Shown here: positions 1 to 9,146 of the stretch, piece by piece
Position numbering within the stretch: the first letter of the stretch is position 1
Layout: each line of letters opens with the position of its first letter
Source: Candidatus Limnocylindrales bacterium
GTDB taxonomy: Bacteria; Moduliflexota; Moduliflexia; Moduliflexales; JAUQPW01
DNA length: 64,000 bases
Reading direction: 5' to 3'
Assembly (NCBI GenBank): GCA_035559535.1
Contig: DATMBG010000044.1
Span: 124,001-188,000, forward strand
The notes under the pieces: generated by a model
Databases searched by the model: none
Seen by the model: only the letters and a program-made list of their open reading frames with translations
What the model was told of the DNA's origin: nothing
Position numbers and translations under genes: made by a program

Positions 1-1312
1 AACCGTTAGATTCCAAAATATCCGAAACAATCCGAATAGTATAGGGGAACTCTTCACTGGTGGGAATAACCGGGGCTAAGGCTCGCTCAGCCAGATAACC
101 GTGACCTATTTCCCGTCTGCCAGGTCCTCGAAGGAATTCTACCTCACCGACGCAGAAGGGAGGAAAGTTATAATGGAGCATGAATCGCTTAGAAGCTTCC
201 CCTTGTAAATCATCTAGCCGTTGTTCATCCTCCGCAGTCCCTAAGGTAGATACTACCAGGGCCTGGGTTTGACCTCGGGTGAACAAAGCGGATCCATGGG
301 TCCGGGGTAAAAGGCCTACTTCACAGGTAATGGGACGAATATCCTTGGGTCCTCTCCCATCCGCCCGTCTTCCTTCCTCGAGAACCGCTTTACGAAGCAC
401 CTCTCTCTCTGTTTTATGGAAAGCTTCCTTGATCTCCAGGGATAAAGCTTCCAACTCTTCTTCTTCAAATCCGGCAATGGTATCCTCATAGATTTTTTTA
501 ATCTGATTCTGGTATTCCACTTTATCCGGGTAACTCTCGGCCAAATAAACCGCTTGACGGATCTTATCCATAGCCAGACTACTGACCTTCAAGGCAATGC
601 TTTGATCTTTCTCTACGGGCTTTATCTCCTGTTTGGTCACAGGGATCTGTGCAGCCAAGTCTTTCTGAAGCTTTACAATTTGCTTGATTTTTTCCTGTCC
701 ATACTCAATGGCTTCTAACATGTCTTCTTCGGGTACCTCCCTGGCATCTCCCTCCATCATAACCACAGCGTCTTCGGTCCCGGCCATCACCAAATTAATA
801 TCACTCTTCTCCAACTGCTTGTAAGGGGGATTCAGGACCCATTTCTTATCAATACGACCTATCCGAACAGCTCCTATAGGACCCATAAAAGGAATATCTG
901 AAATGGTAAGAGCTGCAGAAGCTCCAATAATAGCCAGGATATCCGGACTGTTGATTTGATCTACAGACAGGACGGTTGCAATGATTTGAATTTCATGATG
1001 ATAACCTTCTGGAAAGAGGGGTCGTACCGGTCGATCGATGAGTCTGGAAATTAAAACTTCTCGGTCACTGGGTTTACCTTCTCGCTTGATAAAACCACCT
1101 GGAATTTTACCCGCTGCATAGGCTTTCTCTCTGTACTCAACCATTAGAGGAAAGAAGTCAATGCCTTCCCGAGGTTCTTTACTTGAAACTGCCGTGACTA
1201 AAACAATGGTATCTCCCGATTGAACCCATACGGCCCCGTTGGCCTGCTTAGCCACTTTGCCGGTTTCCAGGGATAATATTCTTCCCTCTAAATCTAATTC
1301 TACTCTATACAT
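1..1312 (-). CDS. pnp: Polyribonucleotide nucleotidyltransferase (PNPase), 3' part runs off the window
   Basis: Not in the ORF track. Manual translation from ATG at 1312 gives MYRVELDLEGRILSLETGKVAKQANGAVWV..., with DFFPLMVEYRE, RLIDRPVRPLFP and RREIGHG motifs. GGAGG RBS upstream; follows rpsO. Confidence 0.97.
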   Translation of the reverse strand, partial: MYRVELDLEGRILSLETGKVAKQANGAVWVQSGDTIVLVTAVSSKEPREGIDFFPLMVEYREKAYAAGKIPGGFIKREGKPSDREVLISRLIDRPVRPLFPEGYHHEIQIIATVLSVDQINSPDILAIIGASAALTISDIPFMGPIGAVRIGRIDKKWVLNPPYKQLEKSDINLVMAGTEDAVVMMEGDAREVPEEDMLEAIEYGQEKIKQIVKLQKDLAAQIPVTKQEIKPVEKDQSIALKVSSLAMDKIRQAVYLAESYPDKVEYQNQIKKIYEDTIAGFEEEELEALSLEIKEAFHKTEREVLRKAVLEEGRRADGRGPKDIRPITCEVGLLPRTHGSALFTRGQTQALVVSTLGTAEDEQRLDDLQGEASKRFMLHYNFPPFCVGEVEFLRGPGRREIGHGYLAERALAPVIPTSEEFPYTIRIVSDILESNG

Positions 1313-1331
1313 TCTTTAAAACGCCTCCACG

Positions 1332-1601
1332 TTATTTACGTAATCCAAGTTCTTTAATAATAGCTTTATATCGCTCGATATCTTTTCTTTTAAGATATTC
1401 AAGAAGCCGACGTCGTTTACTCACTAACTTTAAAAGACCCCGCCTGGAGTGGTGATCTTTATGATGGATTTTAAAATGATCGGTTAAGTGATTAATTCGT
1501 TCAGTTAAAATAGCTATTTGGACTTCTGGGGAGCCGGTGTCGGTATCGTGCGTTTTATGGTGCTGGATAATTTCCTGCTTTCGCTCTTTAGTAACGGCCA
1601 T
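1332..1601 (-). CDS. rpsO: 30S ribosomal protein S15
   Basis: [13 protein letters not shown] and [13 protein letters not shown] motifs; lies upstream of pnp. Confidence 0.98.
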   Translation of the reverse strand: MAVTKERKQEIIQHHKTHDTDTGSPEVQIAILTERINHLTDHFKIHHKDHHSRRGLLKLVSKRRRLLEYLKRKDIERYKAIIKELGLRK

Positions 1602-1748
1602 GGATTTCTCCTCCTCTCTGAAATTTTAAGGCTTGAAAAGTAAAATTATTCTCATTTCAATATACTCGTAAAATTTTTCTTGTAAAGAGAAAACTGTATA
1701 AATCTTGCATTAACCCTTTATGAAAAAGATAGTTGTACCACCCTGAAG

Positions 1749-2696
1749 TTACAACGGATAAATAACTTTTACAGGCTGTACCATCCAATCTCCCTCGGGA
1801 TTCGGTACAAGCTTTACCACTGCAAAAAAATTACCCCTTGCCTCATACCCCCGGTAATAACCCGGGGAAGGGTAACTATCCTGTTGGGATTGAAGAGACA
1901 AAGAAGGCAAAAGATTAAGGGACCCTTTTGATCGGTCCAACTTTACAAAGGCCCCCCGGGCCAGAAGCCGGCTTGTTTTTTCATCAAAATAAAGGGCAGG
2001 CAGAGTTGCTAAAGCCTTATCTATGGAAATCAAATATCTTTCTGCAATCCGCTCCGGGGAAAGGGATCTTAAAGTTTCAAAGGGTACGGCCTCATCCAGC
2101 CCAAAGGATCCTACGCGGGTTCTCCTCAATTCCCAAACACAAGCCCCGCATTTTAACCGCTCACCTAAGTCTGACACTAAAGTTCGTATATAAGTTCCAG
2201 GGGAGCAGGTAACCTGAAAACTTACAAAAGGAAAACGAATCTCCAGAATCTGGATCTCATAAATGATCACTTTCCTGGGAGGACGTTCAATTTCCTGATC
2301 CTGTCTGGCCAGTTCGTAAAGTCGCTGACCCTTTATCTTAATAGCCGAGAACATAGGAGGAATCTGCTTTATTTCTCCCACGAAGCTTTGGATTTGCTCC
2401 CTTAGTTCCTCCTCAGTGACAACCACGGGCTTTTCGCATAAAACCCGACCCGTGAGATCCTGGGTATCAGTGGTAACTCCCAACTTCATGGTTACCCTGT
2501 ATTCTTTGGTTAACTCGACCAGAAATTCGACAATTCGGGTCGCTTTCCCTATACATAGGACTAAAACTCCCGTTGCATAAGGATCGAGAGTTCCTGTATG
2601 ACCGATCTTTTTAATTTTGAGAAGTCTTCGAACTTGAAGAACGACTTCATGGGAAGTCAACCCCGCAGGTTTATCAATGGGAAGCACACCGTCCAT
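1749..2696 (-). CDS. truB: tRNA pseudouridine(55) synthase
   Basis: DKPAGLTSH, GHTGTLDP, PPMFSAIK and GTYIRTL motifs. Confidence 0.96.
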   Translation of the reverse strand: MDGVLPIDKPAGLTSHEVVLQVRRLLKIKKIGHTGTLDPYATGVLVLCIGKATRIVEFLVELTKEYRVTMKLGVTTDTQDLTGRVLCEKPVVVTEEELREQIQSFVGEIKQIPPMFSAIKIKGQRLYELARQDQEIERPPRKVIIYEIQILEIRFPFVSFQVTCSPGTYIRTLVSDLGERLKCGACVWELRRTRVGSFGLDEAVPFETLRSLSPERIAERYLISIDKALATLPALYFDEKTSRLLARGAFVKLDRSKGSLNLLPSLSLQSQQDSYPSPGYYRGYEARGNFFAVVKLVPNPEGDWMVQPVKVIYPL

Positions 2697-2776
2697 ACGA
2701 CCTATACCTCATTCACTTATTGATTACCTTATATTATACACTCCCTGTTCAACAAAAGGCGATCTTCCGAATTTTT

Positions 2777-3289
2777 TTAATCTCTGGAGATAACGATCCA
2801 TTCGGCTCCCTCAACGGTTTTATTGGGAATAACATGGAGCTTCCCTTCGCTGTCCATAATTCGGGTTTTTCGAATGTCGATACGCTGGATAACTCCCTCG
2901 ACCCCGGCGGCTTTCACTTTATAGCCGATTTCAAAGTCGTCATCGGTGACTAAGAACAACCCGGCAATGATATCTGCCGTGGTTCCAGAGGCAGCATTGG
3001 CAACGGCCAGAGCTACAAGGGCCACAGAACCTGAAACCGCCAGGGCAATCTGACTGAGCCCGAGAACCTGAAATAGGGCAGAAATCAGAATGATCCAGGC
3101 CAATATCGTCACTCCCGAAACCCCTAAAGAAACAATACTCGGAGAGATTCTTAGAGAATTTAAGATCCGATGGATAAACTTTGTAAGGATACGAATTAAA
3201 AAGCTACCGATAGCTAGCGTAATGAGGGCCCCAAGAATTTTAGGGAAATAACTGAGAATTTCATAGGCAAGAACTTCTATTCGATCCAT
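2777..3289 (-). CDS. Small-conductance mechanosensitive channel (MscS family)
   Basis: Three hydrophobic segments followed by IAGLFL...GVEGVIQRIDIRKTRI...VIPN. Start moved to MDRIEV at 3289, which has an AGGAGG RBS. Confidence 0.8.
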   Translation of the reverse strand: MDRIEVLAYEILSYFPKILGALITLAIGSFLIRILTKFIHRILNSLRISPSIVSLGVSGVTILAWIILISALFQVLGLSQIALAVSGSVALVALAVANAASGTTADIIAGLFLVTDDDFEIGYKVKAAGVEGVIQRIDIRKTRIMDSEGKLHVIPNKTVEGAEWIVISRD

Positions 3290-3540
3290 ACTTACCTCCT
3301 GATGGGATGATAATAAAAACTTCCTTTGAGACTCCAAAGCCGAAATAACCTCCTACCAAGTTGCATTATAATTATTACGAGGAGCAAAGCAACAAAACAA
3401 TCCCTACCTGGAAAGATTGCTTTCGCGGAGTTTAACTCTGAGGTATCGAAGGGTTCACAATCACAACATCCTTTAAAAGGACAGGGGTACAAATCATTAT
3501 AGTACTTACCTCAAGGTTGTAAAGTTTCTCTTCAAAGTAT

Positions 3541-3695
3541 GTAACTATACCAATTTAGTAGGTGTCACTTTTTCTGTCTGAACACCCCCCATCCCCCCTC
3601 CAGGGGGGACTGACATAGGGTTGCTGCTGCTGAATCCCCCCTGGAGGGGGGATGGGGGGTGTTTCTTTTTCCACCTACTAAATGGATACGGATAT
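3541..3695. mobile_element. MITE-like element, family 1, copy A
   Basis: Imperfect ~24-bp terminal inverted repeats (gtaactataccaatttagtaggtg ... cacctactaaatggatacggatat) and a GC-rich internal hairpin. Flanked by the direct repeat tcaaagtat (3532-3540, 3696-3704). Second copy at 55536-55657. Confidence 0.8.
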
Positions 3696-3770
3696 TCAAA
3701 GTATCGGTACTTCATAATTTCTTATTGACACTGCAATTAAACCATTGAAGTATAGAAGGGATGAAAGTGT

Positions 3771-3947
3771 TTGGCAAACCAACCAGAGACTCCACTCTTG
3801 ACGGCAGACGAAGACTTTGGTGAATGAGCTTTTCGTCAACGTCCTGTTTTTATGGGCGTAGACTGCTACACCTGGTCGGATTATCCACCGGCAGTAAAAG
3901 CGGAAGTGGGTTCCGCGAACATGCTACTAAACTTTTGGAGTGTTTAC
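3771..3947 (+). pseudogene. Decayed DUF5615-family PIN-like gene remnant
   Basis: Reading across frames gives LANQPETPLLTADEDFGE*AFRQRPVFMGV / LLHLVGLSTGSK / AEV / FREHATKLL, resembling the LLTxDKDFGELVFR...GVxLLRLxGL motif. Internal stop at 3825 plus frameshifts. Confidence 0.55.
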
Positions 3948-4082
3948 GAGTACACTGTTTACTTAATTTTGACCTCATAGGGCTGCTTTCACCCCTCAGC
4001 TCCCCTCTTCCGCAGCATGGGAGAGGGGCCGGGGGTGAGGGTCACTTAAACATTAAGCAAAATTAAAGTAACAAAGCACTAG
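3948..4082. mobile_element. MITE/REP-like element, family 2, copy A
   Basis: Inverted ends (tacactgtttacttaattttg ... caaaattaaagtaacaaagcacta) around a cccctc...gagaggggccgggggtgaggg hairpin. Shares end sequence with 28359-28584. Confidence 0.65.
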
Positions 4083-4152
4083 TACCTTGTAAAGTTAATC
4101 TGGATAAATCCTTAAAAGCTCCGTCAGGAGCTGATTGTTTGGGGGCAGAAGA

Positions 4153-4560
4153 ATGAAAAAGCCAAAACTTGATCACTGCGTGATTACAGTTTCCGATTGG
4201 GAACGCTCGAATCGTTTTTATCGCGATGTACTCGGCGCGGAACTTGTGCCACTTACAACGGGCTGGGCCTACCGCTTTGGTACAGAGCAACTGAATGTTC
4301 ACGGTCCGGGGGTGCCTGGCGACCCAAATGCACGTATTCCGGTCCCTCCGGGCGGTAGCGATCTGTGCTTTGAGTGGTTAGGATCCATCGAAGAAGCGAT
4401 GGAACATCTGCGTGGGCAGAAAGTACCTATTGAAGTTGGACCAGTCGTAAGAACCGGTGCGAAAGGCAAGGGTATCAGCATCTACTTTCGAGATCCGGAT
4501 GGATCGTTAATAGAGTTTATCTCGTATGAGAGCTATCGCAAGATTGAAGAAAGAGCCTAA
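4153..4560 (+). CDS. VOC/glyoxalase family protein
   Basis: LDHCVITVSD...FYRDVLG and GPVVRTGAKG...SIYFRDPDGSLIEF motifs; ATG at 4153. Confidence 0.9.
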   Translation: MKKPKLDHCVITVSDWERSNRFYRDVLGAELVPLTTGWAYRFGTEQLNVHGPGVPGDPNARIPVPPGGSDLCFEWLGSIEEAMEHLRGQKVPIEVGPVVRTGAKGKGISIYFRDPDGSLIEFISYESYRKIEERA

Positions 4561-4947
4561 CCGGGTGTCAGAGCCAAGCTTCCAGCCGTCGTACCCATAA
4601 GCTAAAAATTTAGACTATCACCTATCCCTTTAAACTTATTTTTGTATCGACAGGATAAGGAGGTGTTTTACTATTTTTAGATGAACATCTTTTCTATTAC
4701 AAAGGAGAGAGTTACAAAGTAAAGTAATGGATTAACCAGATGGATAATAGAAGCGTACAAACCCGCCGGACGGAAGTTTGGGCGAGCGGAGCTACCTATG
4801 AACTTGCGGGATACGCTAAAAGATAGGATTCAGACGACGGGGAAAATCAGGGATGATCTATATGATTACATGGCGTTTAAGGGAGTACGGTAAAATCAGC
4901 TCTCCGAAGTAACCGTTAGCTCAATCTGAATTCTGAGGACTTGGAAC

Positions 4948-5133
4948 TTACTCCTTTGGTGGAATCCCTTGCTTTTTTATCTCTTTCTCCGCTTCAGATT
5001 TGATCCGATCTCGCTCCCCTACGGCTTCTTGCCGAATTTTCTCAGAACAGGATTTACAAATGGAAGTAGTTTCCACCTCCACGATCCCACAAATCATACA
5101 AAGCTTTTTTTTAGCTTTTTTATTTTTATCCAT
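4948..5133 (-). CDS. Small hypothetical protein with CxxC...CxxC (putative Zn finger)
   Basis: CMIC and CKSC pairs followed by a charged helical tail. Confidence 0.6.
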   Translation of the reverse strand: MDKNKKAKKKLCMICGIVEVETTSICKSCSEKIRQEAVGERDRIKSEAEKEIKKQGIPPKE

Positions 5134-5208
5134 TTTTTGGAGTCCGTTGTCCTTTCCGTGATCCGTTGGGGTTCATTACTTCCGATTATTTTTCTGGATC
5201 AGAGCTTA

Positions 5209-5856
5209 TTAATCCCGGACGAGGGGCTGAGGACTCCGGACTACTAAAGGTTTAAACGCTCTAAAGGTCTGGACACCTTCCTCAACCAGGCTTTTATTAT
5301 TTAAAACATCATCTTCTAAATCCACGAAACGTTGAAGTTTTAGAAAACTCTTTTCTTTTAATAAAGGGACTACCTGGGATTTATTGACGTGTTGGAGGGG
5401 AACCACATATTCGACATCCCGGACCCATTCCCAGGGACTTTGGTAGGTAGACAGGTAAAAGCCCTTATCGGCAAAGTCATCGTAGAGTTGGATAAGATTC
5501 TCTCGATGAGCTTCGGAATGTGGTCCCTGGGTCATAAGAGCAAATATAAAATAGTGACCCCACCAGAGCATCCATCGAAAGGTTAAGATATTTACTTTGT
5601 TGAAACACTTGGGATAATCCAGATAAATATAAGGAAATCCCCGATAGTGCTCCCCCTTAACAAACTGGCTATTCTTCAAATCAAATTCGGGAGGGGCAAT
5701 AAACTGAAGGTCCCGAACTTCACTTTTGAGCCGTTGATGAAGCTCCGTTAATAACGTCAGGACTTTTTGGGTAATCGAGGTTTTTAACCTGAAGAACTCA
5801 ATATTTCTTAAAACTGCTTTCTCTTCCGGGGTGAAGGTTATGAATTCAGAGTTCAT
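5209..5856 (-). CDS. Hypothetical protein
   Basis: 215-aa ORF with globular composition (KGEHYRGFPYIYLDYP...FRWMLWWGHYF), co-oriented with its neighbours. Confidence 0.75.
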   Translation of the reverse strand: MNSEFITFTPEEKAVLRNIEFFRLKTSITQKVLTLLTELHQRLKSEVRDLQFIAPPEFDLKNSQFVKGEHYRGFPYIYLDYPKCFNKVNILTFRWMLWWGHYFIFALMTQGPHSEAHRENLIQLYDDFADKGFYLSTYQSPWEWVRDVEYVVPLQHVNKSQVVPLLKEKSFLKLQRFVDLEDDVLNNKSLVEEGVQTFRAFKPLVVRSPQPLVRD

Positions 5857-5863
5857 GTAAGAT

Positions 5864-5932
5864 CTATACCTTTGCAGCGGTTTTAGACTTTTGTTAACTT
5901 TTAAGATCTTATCAAAAACTGCAAAGGTATAG
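5864..5932. repeat. 69-bp element with perfect 14-bp terminal inverted repeats (MITE-like)
   Basis: ctatacctttgcag (5864-5877) ... ctgcaaaggtatag (5919-5932). Confidence 0.6.
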
Positions 5933-5957
5933 CTAAACCCTCCCTTTACAGGCAGGA

Positions 5958-6263
5958 TTAATCGGCTATATAAACATCCGATCCTTCTACTTTAACCCTA
6001 TAGGTTTTAACCTTAGACGCCGGGTTTATGGTATTGATCCCGGTACGTACATCAAAGCGCCATCCATGCCAGGGACAGGTCACCACCGTACCATTTAAGG
6101 AACCTTCTCCGACAGGACCTCCCCGGTGGGGACAGACGGCACCAATGGCATAGCAAGTTCCATTGATCTTGAAAAGACCGACCTCTTCGCCGTTGAAATC
6201 AACAATCATCCCTTGATCTGCTGGAATCTCCTCGATTCTTGCAACCTTTACGAATTCACTCAT
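5958..6263 (-). CDS. Rieske [2Fe-2S] ferredoxin (NirD-like)
   Basis: CPHRGG and CPWHGW Rieske motifs. Confidence 0.92.
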   Translation of the reverse strand: MSEFVKVARIEEIPADQGMIVDFNGEEVGLFKINGTCYAIGAVCPHRGGPVGEGSLNGTVVTCPWHGWRFDVRTGINTINPASKVKTYRVKVEGSDVYIAD

Positions 6264-6323
6264 GTTAAATCCCTCCTTCTCTTTTGGAAATCCGTTTTTC
6301 CCTGAGAAAACGGATTTCCCTGG

Positions 6324-7343
6324 CTAGGGAATCATAATCACCTTCATCGCTTTCTTCTCTGTTAAAAGTTGGATACCTTGAGAAAAGTACTCCAGGGGGA
6401 GCCGATGGGTAATCAGAGGGGTTACGTTGATCTTTCCAATTTCCAGGTACTTTAAAGCATGGGCCAGATCTGTGGGAGCTGAAGAATAACTACCGTACAG
6501 CGTAATTTCTCGATGATAGAGAACATTAGGATCTAAGAGAGCCATGGAACCGGGCGAGACACTGGCAAAACTATTGATCACCCCTCCATCTCTTACCAAT
6601 TCCAGGGACTGCATCAAGGTTTCTCCGGTTCCTGCCGTAAGTATCACAGCATCTACCCCACGTCCTTCCGAAAGCTCCAGAACCGTTCTTTTAATTTCTT
6701 CCGGTTGAGCTTTCACAACTTTAACTGCACCGGCCTGAAGGCCCATTTCAAGCCGATAATCTACAAGGTCCACACCGATAACTTGAACCTGGAACAGGCC
6801 CATCAACTGAACCATCATAAGGCCCATGGGGCCTAACCCTACAACCAGGGCTGTATCACCCGGTTGAAAATTACATCGCCTGATGCTTTTAAGGCAACAG
6901 GCCAGCGGTTCCATAAAAATCGCCTGATCATAGGATAACTGCGGAGGAATCAAAAAGGTAGTTTGATTGGTATGAAGTTCTGGAACGCGGATGTACTCAG
7001 AAAATCCGCCAGGATCTACATTTGAGGCCTTGTAGAACCGACACATGGCGTAATTTTGATGTCGGCAATAATGACAGTTGTAACAGGGGACATGATGGGC
7101 AACTACGACACGGTCCCCGACTTTAAATCGTTTGACCTGAGTCCCGGTCTTTACGACTTCACCGGCTATCTCATGGCCCAAAATGGCAGGGGGGGTAACT
7201 TTCCGGTTTAAAATTTTGACCAGGTCTGTCCCACAAATACCGCTCGCCCGGACCCTGACCAATAATTCTCCTGGACCGATTTCCGGCTCTTGCAAATTCT
7301 CAACCCGAATATCCTCTTTATCGTAATAAACCGCTACTCTCAA
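6324..7343 (-). CDS. Zinc-dependent alcohol dehydrogenase (MDR family)
   Basis: GICGTD, GHE, CxxCxxC structural Zn site and GLGPMG nucleotide-binding motif. Confidence 0.9.
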   Translation of the reverse strand: MRVAVYYDKEDIRVENLQEPEIGPGELLVRVRASGICGTDLVKILNRKVTPPAILGHEIAGEVVKTGTQVKRFKVGDRVVVAHHVPCYNCHYCRHQNYAMCRFYKASNVDPGGFSEYIRVPELHTNQTTFLIPPQLSYDQAIFMEPLACCLKSIRRCNFQPGDTALVVGLGPMGLMMVQLMGLFQVQVIGVDLVDYRLEMGLQAGAVKVVKAQPEEIKRTVLELSEGRGVDAVILTAGTGETLMQSLELVRDGGVINSFASVSPGSMALLDPNVLYHREITLYGSYSSAPTDLAHALKYLEIGKINVTPLITHRLPLEYFSQGIQLLTEKKAMKVIMIP

Positions 7344-7448
7344 GTTCCGAAACTTTTTATCAATCAGTATGGGAGACTAGGGAACCAGGCTATAAAAATA
7401 GCTGCCTACACCCTCGACCTCCCACACTCCCATACGCTGAGCCCTCTG

Positions 7449-9110
7449 CTAGCTCACAGCCTGACTTCGTTGATACTCCCTTGCAAGCCTTTCCTGTTCT
7501 CGGGGATTCGAGATGAATTCCCAGGGCAAAGGGGTTGAGGAAAGATTAGATCTTCCGGCCAGGCAGGCTTCCCAATTCAACCCTATTTCTTTAGCGGCCC
7601 GTTCCCAGTTTCCCCGACATGCATGGATGGCTATTAGAAATTGACCCATGCTTCGGTCTCCACGGGACAAAATTCCTTCCAGATAGGCCGTTCGCAAACT
7701 CTCTGGTTTTAATTCAACATTCCTGACCTGACCCAGTCTTTTCCGAATATACTCCAGTTTACGTTTAACCTCCTTCATACTGACCATGGGACTCCACTGA
7801 AAAGGTGTGAGGGGTTTGGGAATAAAAGGATTAATGCTTAGGCTGAGCTTTCCGAGCTTCCCAGTGGTTTTGGCTTTTTCTAACATTTTCTGCCGGATTT
7901 TTAAAGTAATTTCAATCAAACTGTCTAAATCTTCATCGGTTTCTGTGGGAAGCCCGATCATAAAATAAAGCTTTAAATTGGGAACTCCCCGGTCCAGAAT
8001 TCTCTCAGCTCCTTCTATCACTTCCTCATCGGTCATCTCTTTTCGGATAACCCTTCTCAACCTTTCTGAACCGGCTTCTGGCGCAATAGCCAAAGTCTGA
8101 ATACCACTATACGCGATGGCATCCAGGAGCACATCCGGAAGCCGATCAATACGAAAAGAAGACACAGAAACCTTGACACCTAACTCCCTAAGCCCTTGAC
8201 AAAGTGTATCTAATCCCCGATAATCACAAATATCTGAACTCACCAACCCTACCTTTTGAATCGGTGGAAATCCTCGTTCCGCATCCATCCGAAGTCGCTC
8301 TCGAATAATATCAATAACAAAATCCGGTGGGAGCATCCGAAACTTGGGGTAAACATAACTTACGGCACAAAAACGGCAGAGTAAAGGGCAACCTCGGGAT
8401 ACCTCGATAAGGAACATCTCGCTGAACTCCGTTTCATCGGTAATAATGGCCGAGTAAGCAGGATACAACTTAAAATCAGAAACTTTTTGTTTCTCGATGG
8501 TTATGCGGGAAGAAGTCAGAGAGGGAACATATACACCCGGTATCTGAGCAGCCCGTTCCAGATGTTTTTTTCTTGGAATCCCCCCATCCTCCAGGAATAG
8601 GGAGAGATATTCCTCTAAAACCTCCTCACCATCCCCGATGATCATCAGGTCGGCAAAATCTGCCAGGGGTTCCGGGTTGATGTAGGTAATCGCTCCTCCG
8701 ATTAGAATAAGGGGATAACGCTCATCCCGATCTACTGACTTAAAAGGTATGCGGGCCAGCTCCAGGATTTTGAGAAGATTCACATAATCATTCTCAAAAG
8801 AGACTGAAAAAGCCAGAATATCTACGTCGGTTACCAACCGTTGAGATTCCAGGGTTAGAAGAGGAATATTCTGACGCAGGTAGATGTCCTCATCCTCCGG
8901 GTCCGGGAGAAAAACCCGTTCACAGCGGGTATCCGGTCTCAAATTAAGGTACTTATAGATGGTCTGGAATCCTAAATTAGACATGCCCACATAATAGGTA
9001 TTGGGGTAAGCTAGGGCAAGGGTTAAAGAAGATCCCATCGAATCTTTAAAGGGCATGGACCTTTCTTTACTTAGCAGAGCCTGATATTTCTTTTTTAATT
9101 TCCAGTTCAT
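7449..9110 (-). CDS. Radical SAM protein with B12-binding-like N-terminus (TIGR03960-like)
   Basis: YPNTYYVGMSNLG, CPLLCRFC (CxxxCxxC), APEAGSERLR and LYFMIGLPTE motifs. Confidence 0.88.
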   Translation of the reverse strand: MNWKLKKKYQALLSKERSMPFKDSMGSSLTLALAYPNTYYVGMSNLGFQTIYKYLNLRPDTRCERVFLPDPEDEDIYLRQNIPLLTLESQRLVTDVDILAFSVSFENDYVNLLKILELARIPFKSVDRDERYPLILIGGAITYINPEPLADFADLMIIGDGEEVLEEYLSLFLEDGGIPRKKHLERAAQIPGVYVPSLTSSRITIEKQKVSDFKLYPAYSAIITDETEFSEMFLIEVSRGCPLLCRFCAVSYVYPKFRMLPPDFVIDIIRERLRMDAERGFPPIQKVGLVSSDICDYRGLDTLCQGLRELGVKVSVSSFRIDRLPDVLLDAIAYSGIQTLAIAPEAGSERLRRVIRKEMTDEEVIEGAERILDRGVPNLKLYFMIGLPTETDEDLDSLIEITLKIRQKMLEKAKTTGKLGKLSLSINPFIPKPLTPFQWSPMVSMKEVKRKLEYIRKRLGQVRNVELKPESLRTAYLEGILSRGDRSMGQFLIAIHACRGNWERAAKEIGLNWEACLAGRSNLSSTPLPWEFISNPREQERLAREYQRSQAVS

Positions 9111-9146
9111 GGCTATACCATCGGTCCCTTACCTATCACTTCCGGT

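Noticed and set aside
279..491. Plus-strand 70-aa ORF
   Set aside because: Antisense shadow of pnp.
3824..4066. 80-aa ORF, and TGA at 3825 as possible selenocysteine
   Set aside because: The ORF is a pseudogene fragment joined to MITE sequence. The TGA aligns with Leu, not Cys, and frameshifts surround it.
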